DNA from: Bryobacterales bacterium | GTDB lineage: Bacteria; Acidobacteriota; Terriglobia; Bryobacterales; UBA6623 | DNA: 64,000 bases | Direction: 5' to 3' | NCBI GenBank assembly: GCA_965238045.1 | Contig: CBDEGU010000011.1 | Coordinates: 474,281-538,280 of the forward strand | In this document: piece by piece, positions 32,507-42,149 of the stretch | How the letters are laid out: every line of letters starts with the position of its first letter | Position numbering within the stretch: the first letter of the stretch is position 1 | The notes under the pieces: generated by a model | Told to the model about the DNA's origin: nothing | Seen by the model: only the letters and a program-made list of their open reading frames with translations | Databases searched by the model: none | Program-made: the position numbers and the translations under genes

Positions 32507-33502
32507 CTACTTGCGGCCCTTCTTTTTCGTGTCTTCCACTTTCACTTTGGCGATTTCGAACTGCTCGCGGTATTGAATCTCCGAAAATCCGTCGACTTCT
32601 AATCGAAGCCGCACTCGCCCGTCGAGTTCCGGGGGTGTTTCGATCGAAAGCAGATGAAAACCGCGCACCTTGTCGATCAACTGGTCTAGATAGGCTGGAA
32701 CCTGCGAGAGACTTTCGCAGAACAAAGCGTCGCCGGCGGTCAGGCCGGCAAACTGCGTGAGCCCATTCTGATAGACCATATTCAATTGGTCACGCCGGCT
32801 CTCCAGATGCAGGAAGAACAGCGGCGTCCATGAGGAGATGACCGCGCCCATGGTTCGCTTCATTCGTTCCTGAATCAGGCGGTCGCGAAAGCGCCGGCTG
32901 AGGTCGCCTCCGTCGCTGGGGTTGATGACGGGGTTGGTGTAATCTCCGCGGTACTCGTAAATACTGCCGTCGGTGATATAGAGAACGGCGACCCGAACAT
33001 CGGAGGCTCGCAGCATCTTGTCACCGATCGCCGCGGCGTCCTCGATCGATTCGAGCAGACCGGGGAACCCGGTGACGGGCAGATTCAGAAGCGAATCCTT
33101 GACCGATTCGCGGTCGCCGGTGGGCTCGACTAGAACTTGAAGGCCGTCCTGGGCGCGCAGAAGAGCGACGAACTGGCTGGACTTGAACTTCTCGAAGGCT
33201 TGAATCAGGGCGTTGCGGACGGCGTCGACGCGGACCATGTCGTTGACGACATCCATGACGACAAGCAAGATCAAGTTCCCATCCGGCGGGTGAACGGACT
33301 GCACCCGCGCCGGCTCGCCGCCGATCCAGGCGTGGAATTTTTCCGTGTCGGTGATCGACGCCGAGCCGCCCGAGGCGTCTTGGATCCAGACGGGCGTCTT
33401 GAGTTCGGCGCGAGACCGGGGAACCGCCACACCGAGCAGCGACAGGAGCAGAACGGCCAGCGAGAGAGGCTGGCGAAAGGCGTTCCAGGCCGGCGCGGCC
33501 AT
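32507..33502 (-). CDS. Secreted VWA-like domain protein
   Basis: Signal peptide; LILLVVMD strand, AVLYITDG. Confidence 0.6.
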   Translation of the reverse strand: MAAPAWNAFRQPLSLAVLLLSLLGVAVPRSRAELKTPVWIQDASGGSASITDTEKFHAWIGGEPARVQSVHPPDGNLILLVVMDVVNDMVRVDAVRNALIQAFEKFKSSQFVALLRAQDGLQVLVEPTGDRESVKDSLLNLPVTGFPGLLESIEDAAAIGDKMLRASDVRVAVLYITDGSIYEYRGDYTNPVINPSDGGDLSRRFRDRLIQERMKRTMGAVISSWTPLFFLHLESRRDQLNMVYQNGLTQFAGLTAGDALFCESLSQVPAYLDQLIDKVRGFHLLSIETPPELDGRVRLRLEVDGFSEIQYREQFEIAKVKVEDTKKKGRK

Positions 33503-33504
33503 GC

Positions 33505-36500
33505 TCAGAAATTAAACCTCATCCCCAATTGCACGACGCGGCCGCCGTTCGAGCCGATAATCTTTCCGGCATTGACGTTGCGGGCATTCGCTGGACCGAT
33601 GACCGGATCGGGCGTATTCCAGTTGGCGTGATTGAGAAAGTTGAAGCCCTGCAAAAGCAGTTCCAGACTCCGTTCTCCCGAGAGCGGCAGCCGCTTGGTG
33701 ACGGCAAGGTCGTGGTTATTCCATCCCGGATTCCGCAGCGACGGATGCGTTCGGGAAACGCCGCCGACTGCGAAATCAGAAGGATCGACAAAGGCGAACG
33801 GATTAAAGAAGAGTTCCGGCCCGGGATGGGCGACGCCCGGATCCACGCCGGGGACGGCGTTCACGCGCAGAAAGCGAACCACGCCGCCGGTGTTGTTGAA
33901 CTCCGGCCGCAAGGTCACCGGGTGGCCGCTCATCCAGCGGGTAAAGCCGCTCACCGACCAGTTCCCCAGCACATGGCGCAACTTCGAGGCCCGCAGCATG
34001 GGTTTGCCTTCGCCGAAGGGCAGTTCGTAGGAATAGGTGAGCGAGAGGCGGTGCGGACGCAGTCCGTTGGAGATGGCCCACTCGTTGTCGCGATCGAAGT
34101 AGTCTTGGACGCCGGGCCCGGAATAGTCATCCCATTGCCTGGTGAGGGAATAGGAGAAATCGAGCGTCAACCCGTGCGAGGCGCGCTTTTCGACGCTGAT
34201 ATCGGTTCCGTGGTATTTGTAGCGGCCCAGCGGAAACTGACCGTCCGTCTGGAAGTTTTGGAACTGAGGAAACGGACGCAGTGAGCGGCGGAAGATCTCG
34301 TCATTCAGCGCATCCCGGTAGGCAAGGGTCTCCAGCGGAATGGCGTTGAGCCCCACGCTGCTGCCACCCAGAAGAATGTCTTTGCCGCTATAGAGCCGGC
34401 TAGACATGCGCATGGTCAATCCGGCCCGCAGGCGGCGCTCGATCTGCACCCAGGCATAGCGGTAGCGCGGCTGCCGGGCGGTATCGGGGATGAAGTCCGG
34501 GTCCGTATCATTGGCCGCCTCGGCCCGCAGGTCCGGCAGCGGATGCTCGGGAGGAACCAGCCCTTGATCGAGAACCACCGCCGGTTCGAGTTGCTGGTTG
34601 GCCGAGATCAGTGTCCGCCGGGCGCTGAAGCCCTGGGTGCCGAAGGTCCCCGACCGGATGCCCAAATTCGTATAGTGCTGCAGGAACGAGACGCGGATGA
34701 CGGTGTCACGCGAATCGGTGGGACTCCACGCCATACCCAGCCGCGGCTCGAAGCGTGCCCGGTAGGGCTGAAAGGTGCGGCCGCGGCCGTCGCGAGAGGC
34801 AAAAACGAGCGCCCCTGGCAGACCATTGGCAGGATTGATCTCGGAGAGATCGACTGTGGACTGGCGGTCAAACTTCTCGACTCGCGGGCTCGAGAGATCG
34901 AGATTGATGCTGACGGTCACGGTGAGATTCGGCGTGACCTCGTATTCATCTCGAACGCGGGCTTCGATGGACGTCCTGCGCAGATAGGACGGCTGCAGAA
35001 GGTCGGTGGCCTCGGCCCGATAGGAACGGCCCACCAGGAAACTCGCGAAAGAATTGCCGGTATTGATAATGCCCGGCAGTCCGGTTAGGTCATCGTTGAA
35101 TTGGAACAGACCCGAAGGCGACTCGGGCATGTAGGTGTTGACCTGGTAACGCGTGTACTCGCCGGAGAAAGTCCAAGAATGCTTGCCGCGGCGCAGTGTT
35201 AAGCCATGATTGGTGCTGTAGCGGTTCCAGACATTGCTGTATTGCGAACCGCGGGGGGCGCCGAAGGTTTCCATATCGCGCAATTCAATACGAGGAAACA
35301 AGGTTCCGGTCACTCCTTCGAGCCCCAATTCCGCGGGGATGTCGCGCTCGCCCTCAATGCCCGGTGTCCAGCTCTTCCGGGAAGTGACGATCGCCCGCGC
35401 GGTGTAGATGGAGCGGGGGGTGATGGAGTAGGTCTCGGTGAGATGAAGGCGGCGGTTGGAAAACAAGCGGTCCGGGCCCACCGGATTCGCGATGGTGGCG
35501 AACATATTGGGCGCAGTTTGAAACCCCTTGGAATAGGCCAGGTCGGCGCTGATCTTGTGCTTGTCGCCGAGACTGTGATCGACCTTGGCGATGAAACCGT
35601 CCGGTGTTTCCTGCTGTGACGGGTTCGACCAGTAGTTGTTTTGCAGGAATGGGCCGACGCTGGTATTGGGCTGGGGGACGTGGGTGATGATGTTGCGCGA
35701 TACGGTATCGAGCCGCGAAGCTGGGATGACGTTGTTTGGAAAAGGATCGCGGACGTATTCCAGGTTCGCGAGCGAGACATTCTCCTCGGGCCGGAACGCG
35801 GGGTTAGCTCGGGTCGTATCCGGGTCGTAGATTGTTACAGGGGCGCCGGCCTTGTTGACCAGGTCGGAGAACTCGCCGCTCTGCTGGAGCGAGGTGGGCA
35901 GGGTGGTGAGAAACGACCGGCCGACCCGCTGCCGGGTTCCTTCATAGGAAAAAGTAAAGAAGGTCGCGCGGCGTCCGTCGTAGAGCTTGGGGAAGAATAC
36001 GGGGCCGCCCACGCTAAAACCGAATTGATTGCGACGGAGCAAATTGCGTTCGCCGCCGCGCTGGGCCACCTCGTGCGGCACGGCATCGAAGGCGTCGTTG
36101 CGAATGTATTCATACACACGCCCATGCCAGAGATTGCCAGCCGGTTTTCTCACTGCCGAGCCGCCCTTGCCGCCAGCCAGGCCGAGCCGCGCGATTTCGG
36201 ATCGAAAGACGCCGACGGCCTTTTTCAATTCCGCGATCTCCCGGTCCTTGGGAGAATCGTTCTGGGGCGCCTGGCTGCCCTGGGAGGAGTTTTCCGGAGC
36301 GCTGGAGTCGGCGCTTGCCGCCTTGCGGCCTGGAGAGCCCGACTCGGATCCAGCCACAAACTCGGGGGGCACGACCTCGGCGGGCGGGAGTTCGCCCAGA
36401 ATCCCGGCTGGAACCTCCGCGGCCGGCATGGCGACGAACGAGCCGGTGGCCGCTAAGAGACACAACACAGCGCGGATCTCACTTAGGGCGATGCGGCACA

Positions 36501-36522
36501 CGACAGCTTTCCTGTCTCCCAT
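33505..36522 (-). CDS. Oar/TonB-dependent-receptor-like beta-barrel, apparently lacking the plug
   Basis: GNLWHGRVYEYIRN, RRNQFGFSVGGP, EPRLGMAW, FNFLNH, C-terminal QLGMRFNF. Confidence 0.85.
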   Translation of the reverse strand: MGDRKAVVCRIALSEIRAVLCLLAATGSFVAMPAAEVPAGILGELPPAEVVPPEFVAGSESGSPGRKAASADSSAPENSSQGSQAPQNDSPKDREIAELKKAVGVFRSEIARLGLAGGKGGSAVRKPAGNLWHGRVYEYIRNDAFDAVPHEVAQRGGERNLLRRNQFGFSVGGPVFFPKLYDGRRATFFTFSYEGTRQRVGRSFLTTLPTSLQQSGEFSDLVNKAGAPVTIYDPDTTRANPAFRPEENVSLANLEYVRDPFPNNVIPASRLDTVSRNIITHVPQPNTSVGPFLQNNYWSNPSQQETPDGFIAKVDHSLGDKHKISADLAYSKGFQTAPNMFATIANPVGPDRLFSNRRLHLTETYSITPRSIYTARAIVTSRKSWTPGIEGERDIPAELGLEGVTGTLFPRIELRDMETFGAPRGSQYSNVWNRYSTNHGLTLRRGKHSWTFSGEYTRYQVNTYMPESPSGLFQFNDDLTGLPGIINTGNSFASFLVGRSYRAEATDLLQPSYLRRTSIEARVRDEYEVTPNLTVTVSINLDLSSPRVEKFDRQSTVDLSEINPANGLPGALVFASRDGRGRTFQPYRARFEPRLGMAWSPTDSRDTVIRVSFLQHYTNLGIRSGTFGTQGFSARRTLISANQQLEPAVVLDQGLVPPEHPLPDLRAEAANDTDPDFIPDTARQPRYRYAWVQIERRLRAGLTMRMSSRLYSGKDILLGGSSVGLNAIPLETLAYRDALNDEIFRRSLRPFPQFQNFQTDGQFPLGRYKYHGTDISVEKRASHGLTLDFSYSLTRQWDDYSGPGVQDYFDRDNEWAISNGLRPHRLSLTYSYELPFGEGKPMLRASKLRHVLGNWSVSGFTRWMSGHPVTLRPEFNNTGGVVRFLRVNAVPGVDPGVAHPGPELFFNPFAFVDPSDFAVGGVSRTHPSLRNPGWNNHDLAVTKRLPLSGERSLELLLQGFNFLNHANWNTPDPVIGPANARNVNAGKIIGSNGGRVVQLGMRFNF

Positions 36523-36657
36523 TTTATCCTTTCAGGCTCCCTCGCGCCATGGCTGGGTTCTCGTGCTCTGAGTTCTCGTATCGTCTGCGGCGCCGAGAAG
36601 CAAGAATGCGAGGCGGCAGGACTCGGACCTGGGAACAAATCCCGGCCGGGCGGCCGT

Positions 36658-37848
36658 CTATCCCAAGACGCGAACCAGTTCGCTCTGTGTCTCGCCGGTG
36701 GCCGCCGCGCCAGAGCCGGAAACATAGCAATCCAGCTCGCTGCGAACGCCGAATCCGGGCAGATAGACGCCCGGCTCGACCGAAAAGCAGGTGCGAGCGA
36801 TGAGGGGCCTGTCATCGCTCGATTCGAGGTTGTCGATATTGGCGCCGTTGCCATGCACTTGCTCTCCAATCGAGTGGCCGGTTCGATGTGTAAACTGCTC
36901 GCCGAATCCCTTCGCGCCGATGTGGCCGCGGGCGATGTCGTCGGCCTCGCGCCCGGTCACAGGCCGGCCGGCCGAGACCTCCGCGTTGACGAACGCGACG
37001 GTCTTGTCGCGCGCGTCTCGCACAATCTCGAACACGTTCACGATCTCGGACGGAGGCAGCCCGCCGAGAAAGCCGGTCCAGGTGATGTCGTAATAGACGG
37101 CGCCGGGCCGATTCAGTTTCGCCCACATGTCGAGAAGCACGAAATCACCCGAACGGATAGCTGAGCTTCGCTCCGAGGTCGGCGCGTAGTGGGGGTTGCC
37201 GCTATTGTGGTTGACCGCCACGATCGGGCCGTCCTCGGTGACGAGGGATTCGGCGGCGAAGCGCTCGCGAATGAACTCAGCGATGGCGAATTCGGTAGTG
37301 GTGCATTCGCCGGCCGTGCCCGCGGCGGCGACACGCCGGCCGATTTCGGCGAAGGTTTCCGCCCGAATCTTGTCGATCCGCCGGCCCGCTTCAAGATGCG
37401 ACTCGTACTGTGCCTCGGACCAGCGAGCCTCGAAATACTGCACCAGAGACGCCGAACCGGCGACCTCGACGCCGCAACTTCGAACTAGATCGATCGTGCC
37501 CCCGTCGACCAGCGAAACGTAAGGAATCATGCAGTTCGGCGAATACTGCATGGCGACGCGCGAGGCCTTCCCGAGCAGATTTTTCAAGCCGTCGTGCTGC
37601 TCCTGCCAGCGGGAATAGAGCAGCCGCTCGCCAGGCAGCGGGTCCAGCATCCAGTCCTCAATGCGATGGACGAGCTTGACCGGCTCGCCTTGGGCAGGGA
37701 TCCAGTAGTACCAGCGCCGCGACACATGGGCCGGGATGTCAAGCGAAAGCACGCGATAGGCGATCGGGTCGCGCCCATGATGATCGAACAGGAGCCAGCC
37801 GTCCAAACCCTGCTCCCGCAATTGCTGCTGAATCTCTTCTATATCCAT
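36658..37848 (-). CDS. Xaa-Pro aminopeptidase (M24)
   Basis: NPHY, LLDMWAK, YYDITW, HRTGHSIG, FSVEPGVY, GVRSE. Confidence 0.9.
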   Translation of the reverse strand: MDIEEIQQQLREQGLDGWLLFDHHGRDPIAYRVLSLDIPAHVSRRWYYWIPAQGEPVKLVHRIEDWMLDPLPGERLLYSRWQEQHDGLKNLLGKASRVAMQYSPNCMIPYVSLVDGGTIDLVRSCGVEVAGSASLVQYFEARWSEAQYESHLEAGRRIDKIRAETFAEIGRRVAAAGTAGECTTTEFAIAEFIRERFAAESLVTEDGPIVAVNHNSGNPHYAPTSERSSAIRSGDFVLLDMWAKLNRPGAVYYDITWTGFLGGLPPSEIVNVFEIVRDARDKTVAFVNAEVSAGRPVTGREADDIARGHIGAKGFGEQFTHRTGHSIGEQVHGNGANIDNLESSDDRPLIARTCFSVEPGVYLPGFGVRSELDCYVSGSGAAATGETQSELVRVLG

Positions 37849-37920
37849 GCCGGTCTCCGGACCCATGGCGCCGAGCCGCGCGAAAAACCGCAAAGCCTCG
37901 CCAAACGGTCCTGGCCGCTT

Positions 37921-38304
37921 CTAGCAGCCCGTAGCAGCCGCCAGCAATGCCTCCACCTGATCGCGCGTCAAGCCCGCGACTTCGATGACCTTGCGGCGGC
38001 TTCTCTCGCCGCGAACGATCCGCAAAGCCGAAGGAGGCCGGCCCAGCAGCTTTCCGAGAAATCGCAGACAAGCGGTATTCGCCCGGCCTTTGATTGCCCG
38101 CGCCCGCAAGGTGATCTTCCAGACCTCATCGCCCTCCTTGCCGGCCAGCCGGTCGCTGGAGGCGCCGGGCTGGATTCGAACGCGCAAACAACCCACCGCG
38201 GGCGCGTCGGCCGCCTGCCGCGGAGCGCGCCCGACCGGTCGGCCGGCTTTGGAACGTTTCGCCAAAACGGGCCCCGGCGCTTCTGGCGCCGCGGGAACCC
38301 ACAA
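37921..38304 (-). CDS. DUF167 (YggU-like) protein; start uncertain
   Basis: VRIQPGAS, KGRAN, IVRGERSRRK. Confidence 0.8.
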   Translation of the reverse strand: MWVPAAPEAPGPVLAKRSKAGRPVGRAPRQAADAPAVGCLRVRIQPGASSDRLAGKEGDEVWKITLRARAIKGRANTACLRFLGKLLGRPPSALRIVRGERSRRKVIEVAGLTRDQVEALLAAATGC

Positions 38305-38321
38305 CGTAGCAAATTGGCAGA

Positions 38322-39569
38322 TCAGACGGCACCGCCCGAGACATCGCGGACCGTCACCTTCGGGTTGAGATGGGCGACGCCGGTGAACGCGCGATCGTCC
38401 ATCACTCGAAAGGTCAGCACGTCGTCGAGCCAGTCATGACTATAGCCCTCGGCGTTCTGGCCCGCGACCGTCAGCGTGTACTCCTGGGGCGCCAGCCATG
38501 CCTCGAAGGCAAACTCCACCTCGACAGCGTCCCCCGCGCGGCGCGGGCCGATGGCAGTTTTCTCGATTGCGGTGTTGGTTCCGTAGACATCGAGACCGGT
38601 TCGCGTACGAATGAGAATGCCGACCATGGGGCTGGGCTGCGGGGAGTGGAAGCGGCAGGCGATCTTGATTCTGACCCGGTCGCCCGCCTGCATCGCGCGG
38701 CAAGCGCGGCCGTGAGCATCGAGCAACTCGACAGCGGTGATCTCGGCGCCGCGGTCGCCGTGCCGGTGGCTGGGATCGAGCTTCGCGCCGGACGGCTCCT
38801 CGCCGGCGTCGCCGGCCCGGGGTGCGGAGAGTTCGAACTCGCGCTGCCGCTCGAGCACGGTCCCCACATAACGGTTCACGACCGTACTGGGATCGCCCTG
38901 TTCCTCAATCTGGCCGTCGAGCAGGAATACGGCGCGGTTGCAAATCTGCTTGACCAGTCCCAGGTCGTGGGAGACGAAAACGACCGTGACGCCGGCCTCC
39001 TGAAGCTCCCGAAACTTGCGGATACAGCGGTTGGCGAAGACTGCGTCGCCGACGGCCAGCACTTCGTCGACGATGAGAATATCGGGCTCGACATGAATCG
39101 CGGTGGAAAACGCCAGCCGCACGTACATGCCGCTGGAATAGGTTTTCACCGGGCGCTCGATGAACTCGCCGATGCCCGCGAAGCGTTCAATCGAGGGCAT
39201 CGAGCGCTCGATTTCCGCGCGGCTCAGCCCCATGATTTCGCCGTTGATATGGACGTTTTCCCGCCCGCTGCATTCGGGATTGAAACCGGCGCCGAGTTCC
39301 AGAAGCGCCGCCACCCGACCCTCGCGGCGTACGCCGCCCGTGGTCGGCTCGATAATGCCGGAGAGGATTTGCAGCAGCGTGCTTTTGCCGCCGCCGTTGG
39401 GCCCGATGACGCCGAGCGTCTCGCCCGGCTCGACGCTCACGCTGACGCCGCGCAACGCCCAGAAATCCTCATGAAACGAGCGGCGGCCGAAACAGAGCGC
39501 CTCTTTCAGCCGGTCCACCGGCTGACTGTAAATCTGGTAGACCTTCGAGATGTTATCAGCAACCAGCAC
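38322..39569 (-). CDS. Polysaccharide ABC exporter ATPase with Wzt C-terminal domain
   Basis: GPNGGGKST, YSSGMYVRLAF, IVDEVLAVGD; C-terminal Ig-like carbohydrate-binding domain. Confidence 0.92.
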   Translation of the reverse strand: MLVADNISKVYQIYSQPVDRLKEALCFGRRSFHEDFWALRGVSVSVEPGETLGVIGPNGGGKSTLLQILSGIIEPTTGGVRREGRVAALLELGAGFNPECSGRENVHINGEIMGLSRAEIERSMPSIERFAGIGEFIERPVKTYSSGMYVRLAFSTAIHVEPDILIVDEVLAVGDAVFANRCIRKFRELQEAGVTVVFVSHDLGLVKQICNRAVFLLDGQIEEQGDPSTVVNRYVGTVLERQREFELSAPRAGDAGEEPSGAKLDPSHRHGDRGAEITAVELLDAHGRACRAMQAGDRVRIKIACRFHSPQPSPMVGILIRTRTGLDVYGTNTAIEKTAIGPRRAGDAVEVEFAFEAWLAPQEYTLTVAGQNAEGYSHDWLDDVLTFRVMDDRAFTGVAHLNPKVTVRDVSGGAV

Positions 39570-39902
39570 GGATGAACCAGTAGTAACGAAGTAAGAACCG
39601 GTTCCTTGGCGCGAACAGGAGCCCGCTGCCTCGGATCAGCGTAACGGCTCGGCCCCGCGCGCCGGTGGTCCTCTGCGACGGTGCCCCCGCTGTGACGGTG
39701 ACAAGGAGCCGATTCCGCACAGCCCCGCGACAATGCATCACCCTACCATAATGCCCGTCGGCAACTGACCGAATGGAGCGGACCCGGCCGCGCCCCGGGG
39801 TTTTTGGCCGGGTGACGAAATCACACCCCTCGACCCGCGGCTGTTTCCTCCCGCGCTCCCTTGCCACACCGCCAAATCCGGCTTCGCCGAAACGGTTGCC
39901 GG

Positions 39903-40148
39903 CTAACGGACGAGGCCACGCAGACGAATCACTTTGGCCAACAGCACAAGCGCCGCGACATGAAAGGCTGGAATGATCACGAATCCGATTTGCACGACGC
40001 GCCACTCCAGTGCGAGGTCCGGCTCGCCATGCCATATGTCGGTTAGGGCCAGCTAAGTCAGCAGCACGGCGAAGGCCGAGAGAACACCGAGAGTCGCGGT
40101 CGCCGCGATCATCGGATCCAGTTTTCGCAAAGCGTCTCCGATTTTCAT
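39903..40148 (-). pseudogene. Small two-TM membrane protein interrupted by an in-frame TAG
   Basis: MKIGDALRKLDPMIAATATLGVLSAFAVLLT*LALTDIWHGEPDLALEWRVVQIGFVIIPAFHVAALVLLAKVIRLRGLVR; stop at 40053-40055. Confidence 0.65.
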
Positions 40149-40438
40149 GCGTCCACTTTACCGCACCGCTTTGCCGCACCGCGGCGCAAGCCCGGGGCGG
40201 CAACCTTCTTGCGACGAGCTCGGTCTCGATCTGGCGTCTCAGACTGTTGAGATGTCCTGGATGCTCTCTCGTCACTCGCGAAGCCGCCCGGAGATCGTTT
40301 CAACCTTGGCAAGTGCGTTTCCAGCGAAACGTTAAACACCTTGCATGGGACCTCCAGCGCGAAAACATGCTGATTGTCCCCCTGGCCCCGTTTCTGCCGT
40401 GGCCTGCTGCGCCCGTCGGCCGCTACAGAGTCAAGAAT

Positions 40439-40484
40439 TGGCAATCGGGGCAATCGGGGCAATCGGGGTCGGCAATCGGGGTCA
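40439..40484 (+). repeat. GGCAATCGG tandem repeat ending in GGGGTCA (REP-like)
   Basis: ggcaatcgg x4; partner inverted accccgat near 40594-40601. Confidence 0.6.
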
Positions 40485-40584
40485 GGAAGCTGTGAAGAAA
40501 TCAACTTGCCGCAGAATCCAGTGCTGCAAGCAAAGGACTTAGCTCGACGAAAAGAGGTCGAAAGGCAATTAACTCACACCTTCC
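40485..40584. mobile_element. 100-bp IS5-like MITE
   Basis: Ends ggaagctgtgaagaa and rc ggaaggtgtgagttaa resemble the IS5 IR GGAAGGTGCGAA. Confidence 0.5.
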
Positions 40585-41045
40585 AGCTCCCGAACCCCGA
40601 TCCAGCAGCTGCGGGAGCGGCCTCAGGCCCACCCGCGGACCTGCCAAAACCAGCCCCGGCGCCCATTGGGGTCACAACATTCCTAACAATTTATCTGCTG
40701 CATTTTGAATGCTTTACCCGCGCCGATCCGCGTCCAACCGCCCACCCCCAAGGTATCCTAGAACTGTCAGACACCCGCGCGGCACCCGGCCTGCAACCGG
40801 CGTCCGCCGTCGGCGATCGGGTCCAATACCGAAGGTGCCGCCATCCGTCCTGACCACCCGCGCCGCGGGGCGCAAACTCATTCCCGCCAGCCGCCGAGGC
40901 CCCTTCGTCCCAGGCATTCCCACACCAAAAGGAAAAGCAGCAATGCCAAAGAAAGCAACAAAAGCTCAAATACGATCCAACTGCGAAAACGCGAAAAATC
41001 CGCCGCCCCCCAGCTCACCACCAAGCATCCAACCCAGCGCAACCA

Positions 41046-41823
41046 GCAAAACAAGAACTACCAAACAGACCCAATCTCTCCGAACCGCAGTCAAATCAGT
41101 ATCTTACAACGCGGTCCCGATCCCGCCCCCAGCAGCACCGCCGAGATCCCAGGGCGAGGCATGGCGTCCGGCTTCCGTAGCGCCGGCCTCGAAGAGACCC
41201 GCGGCTTCTCCCGGCCCAACAAACCATCAATCCCCCCGCTCCCGCCCGGCCTCCCGCCAACCCCCAGCCTCAGCCTCAAAGCGCCAAAATCGAACTACCA
41301 AACAGACCCAATCTCGCCGAACCCATCTACATTACCAACTTGCCGACCCACGATCTCCGAGCACCCGTAGCGTGGATCTCGGTTTTGAGATCCGCGGCTT
41401 TTCCCACCCCAGGAACCATGAATCCTCTGCGAATCCTCCGCGCCCCCATTCACCCCCGGCCTGCCGCCAAGCCCCAACCCCGTCCCAGACCGCCAAAATC
41501 GAACTGCCAAACGAACCCATCTCGCCGAACCTCATCGAAATCAGCGTCTTAGTCAGCGCCCACCCTTGACGTGCCGCACGTCTCCAGGGGTGTCGTGTCG
41601 CCATTCCTGGCGACATATCTTACCCGCACAACCGCATAATCTCTCGACCTTGCACCCGCCGCCAGTCGCCAAACCGGTATGCCAAACAAACCCAATTCCC
41701 AAAAACCAATCCAGACCCACATCTCACGGCCACCTGCCCCGGACCGCATCGCGGATCTCCCCCGCGGTCGCGGCAATCGAAAACCACCGTAGCGCGGAGA
41801 TCGAAGAGACCCGCGGTTTTTCC
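41046..41823 (+). repeat. Degenerate array of ~175-240-bp units
   Basis: gaactRccaaac(a)gacccaatctc-type motif at 41055, 41292, 41501 and 41681 (partial); a solo copy at 18385. Confidence 0.8.
41367..41404 (+). repeat. GTAG-type REP hairpin
   Basis: GTAG-cgtggatctc-ggtttt-gagatccgcg-gcttttcc; variants at 41177 and 41789. Confidence 0.75.
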
Positions 41824-41864
41824 TAGCCCGCCGAGCGATTGATCCCCCAATCCCCCGCGCCCGC

Positions 41865-41956
41865 CAAGCTCCGTAGGAGCGACACATCGAACAGCCTGGG
41901 GCGTGAGCCCCAGGACCACAGGCCGAAAACAGTCAGCCCCGGCAGGGGCGGCACAC
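41865..41956. repeat. REP-like triple-hairpin element
   Basis: gctcc-gta-ggagc, cctgggg-cgtgag-ccccagg, gcccc-ggca-ggggc. Confidence 0.55.
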
Positions 41957-42149
41957 CCCCCTTCACCACAAATACCGCTCATCGGGCCGCGGAATCCACC
42001 GCTGGAATTCCCCGCTGGAATCCCCGGTACCGAAACCCCAAATCCCCCGACCCTCCTGTCACAACAAACCACCCCCGCCAAATCAACAACATACCCGAAA
42101 AACACCCCAAAACACTTGACACCCCGTGCTAGCCTATACCCGTAACGAC

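Noticed and set aside
41046-41823. CRISPR array
   Set aside because: Units are 175-240 bp, repeats are degenerate, the intervening DNA contains REPs, and no cas genes are present
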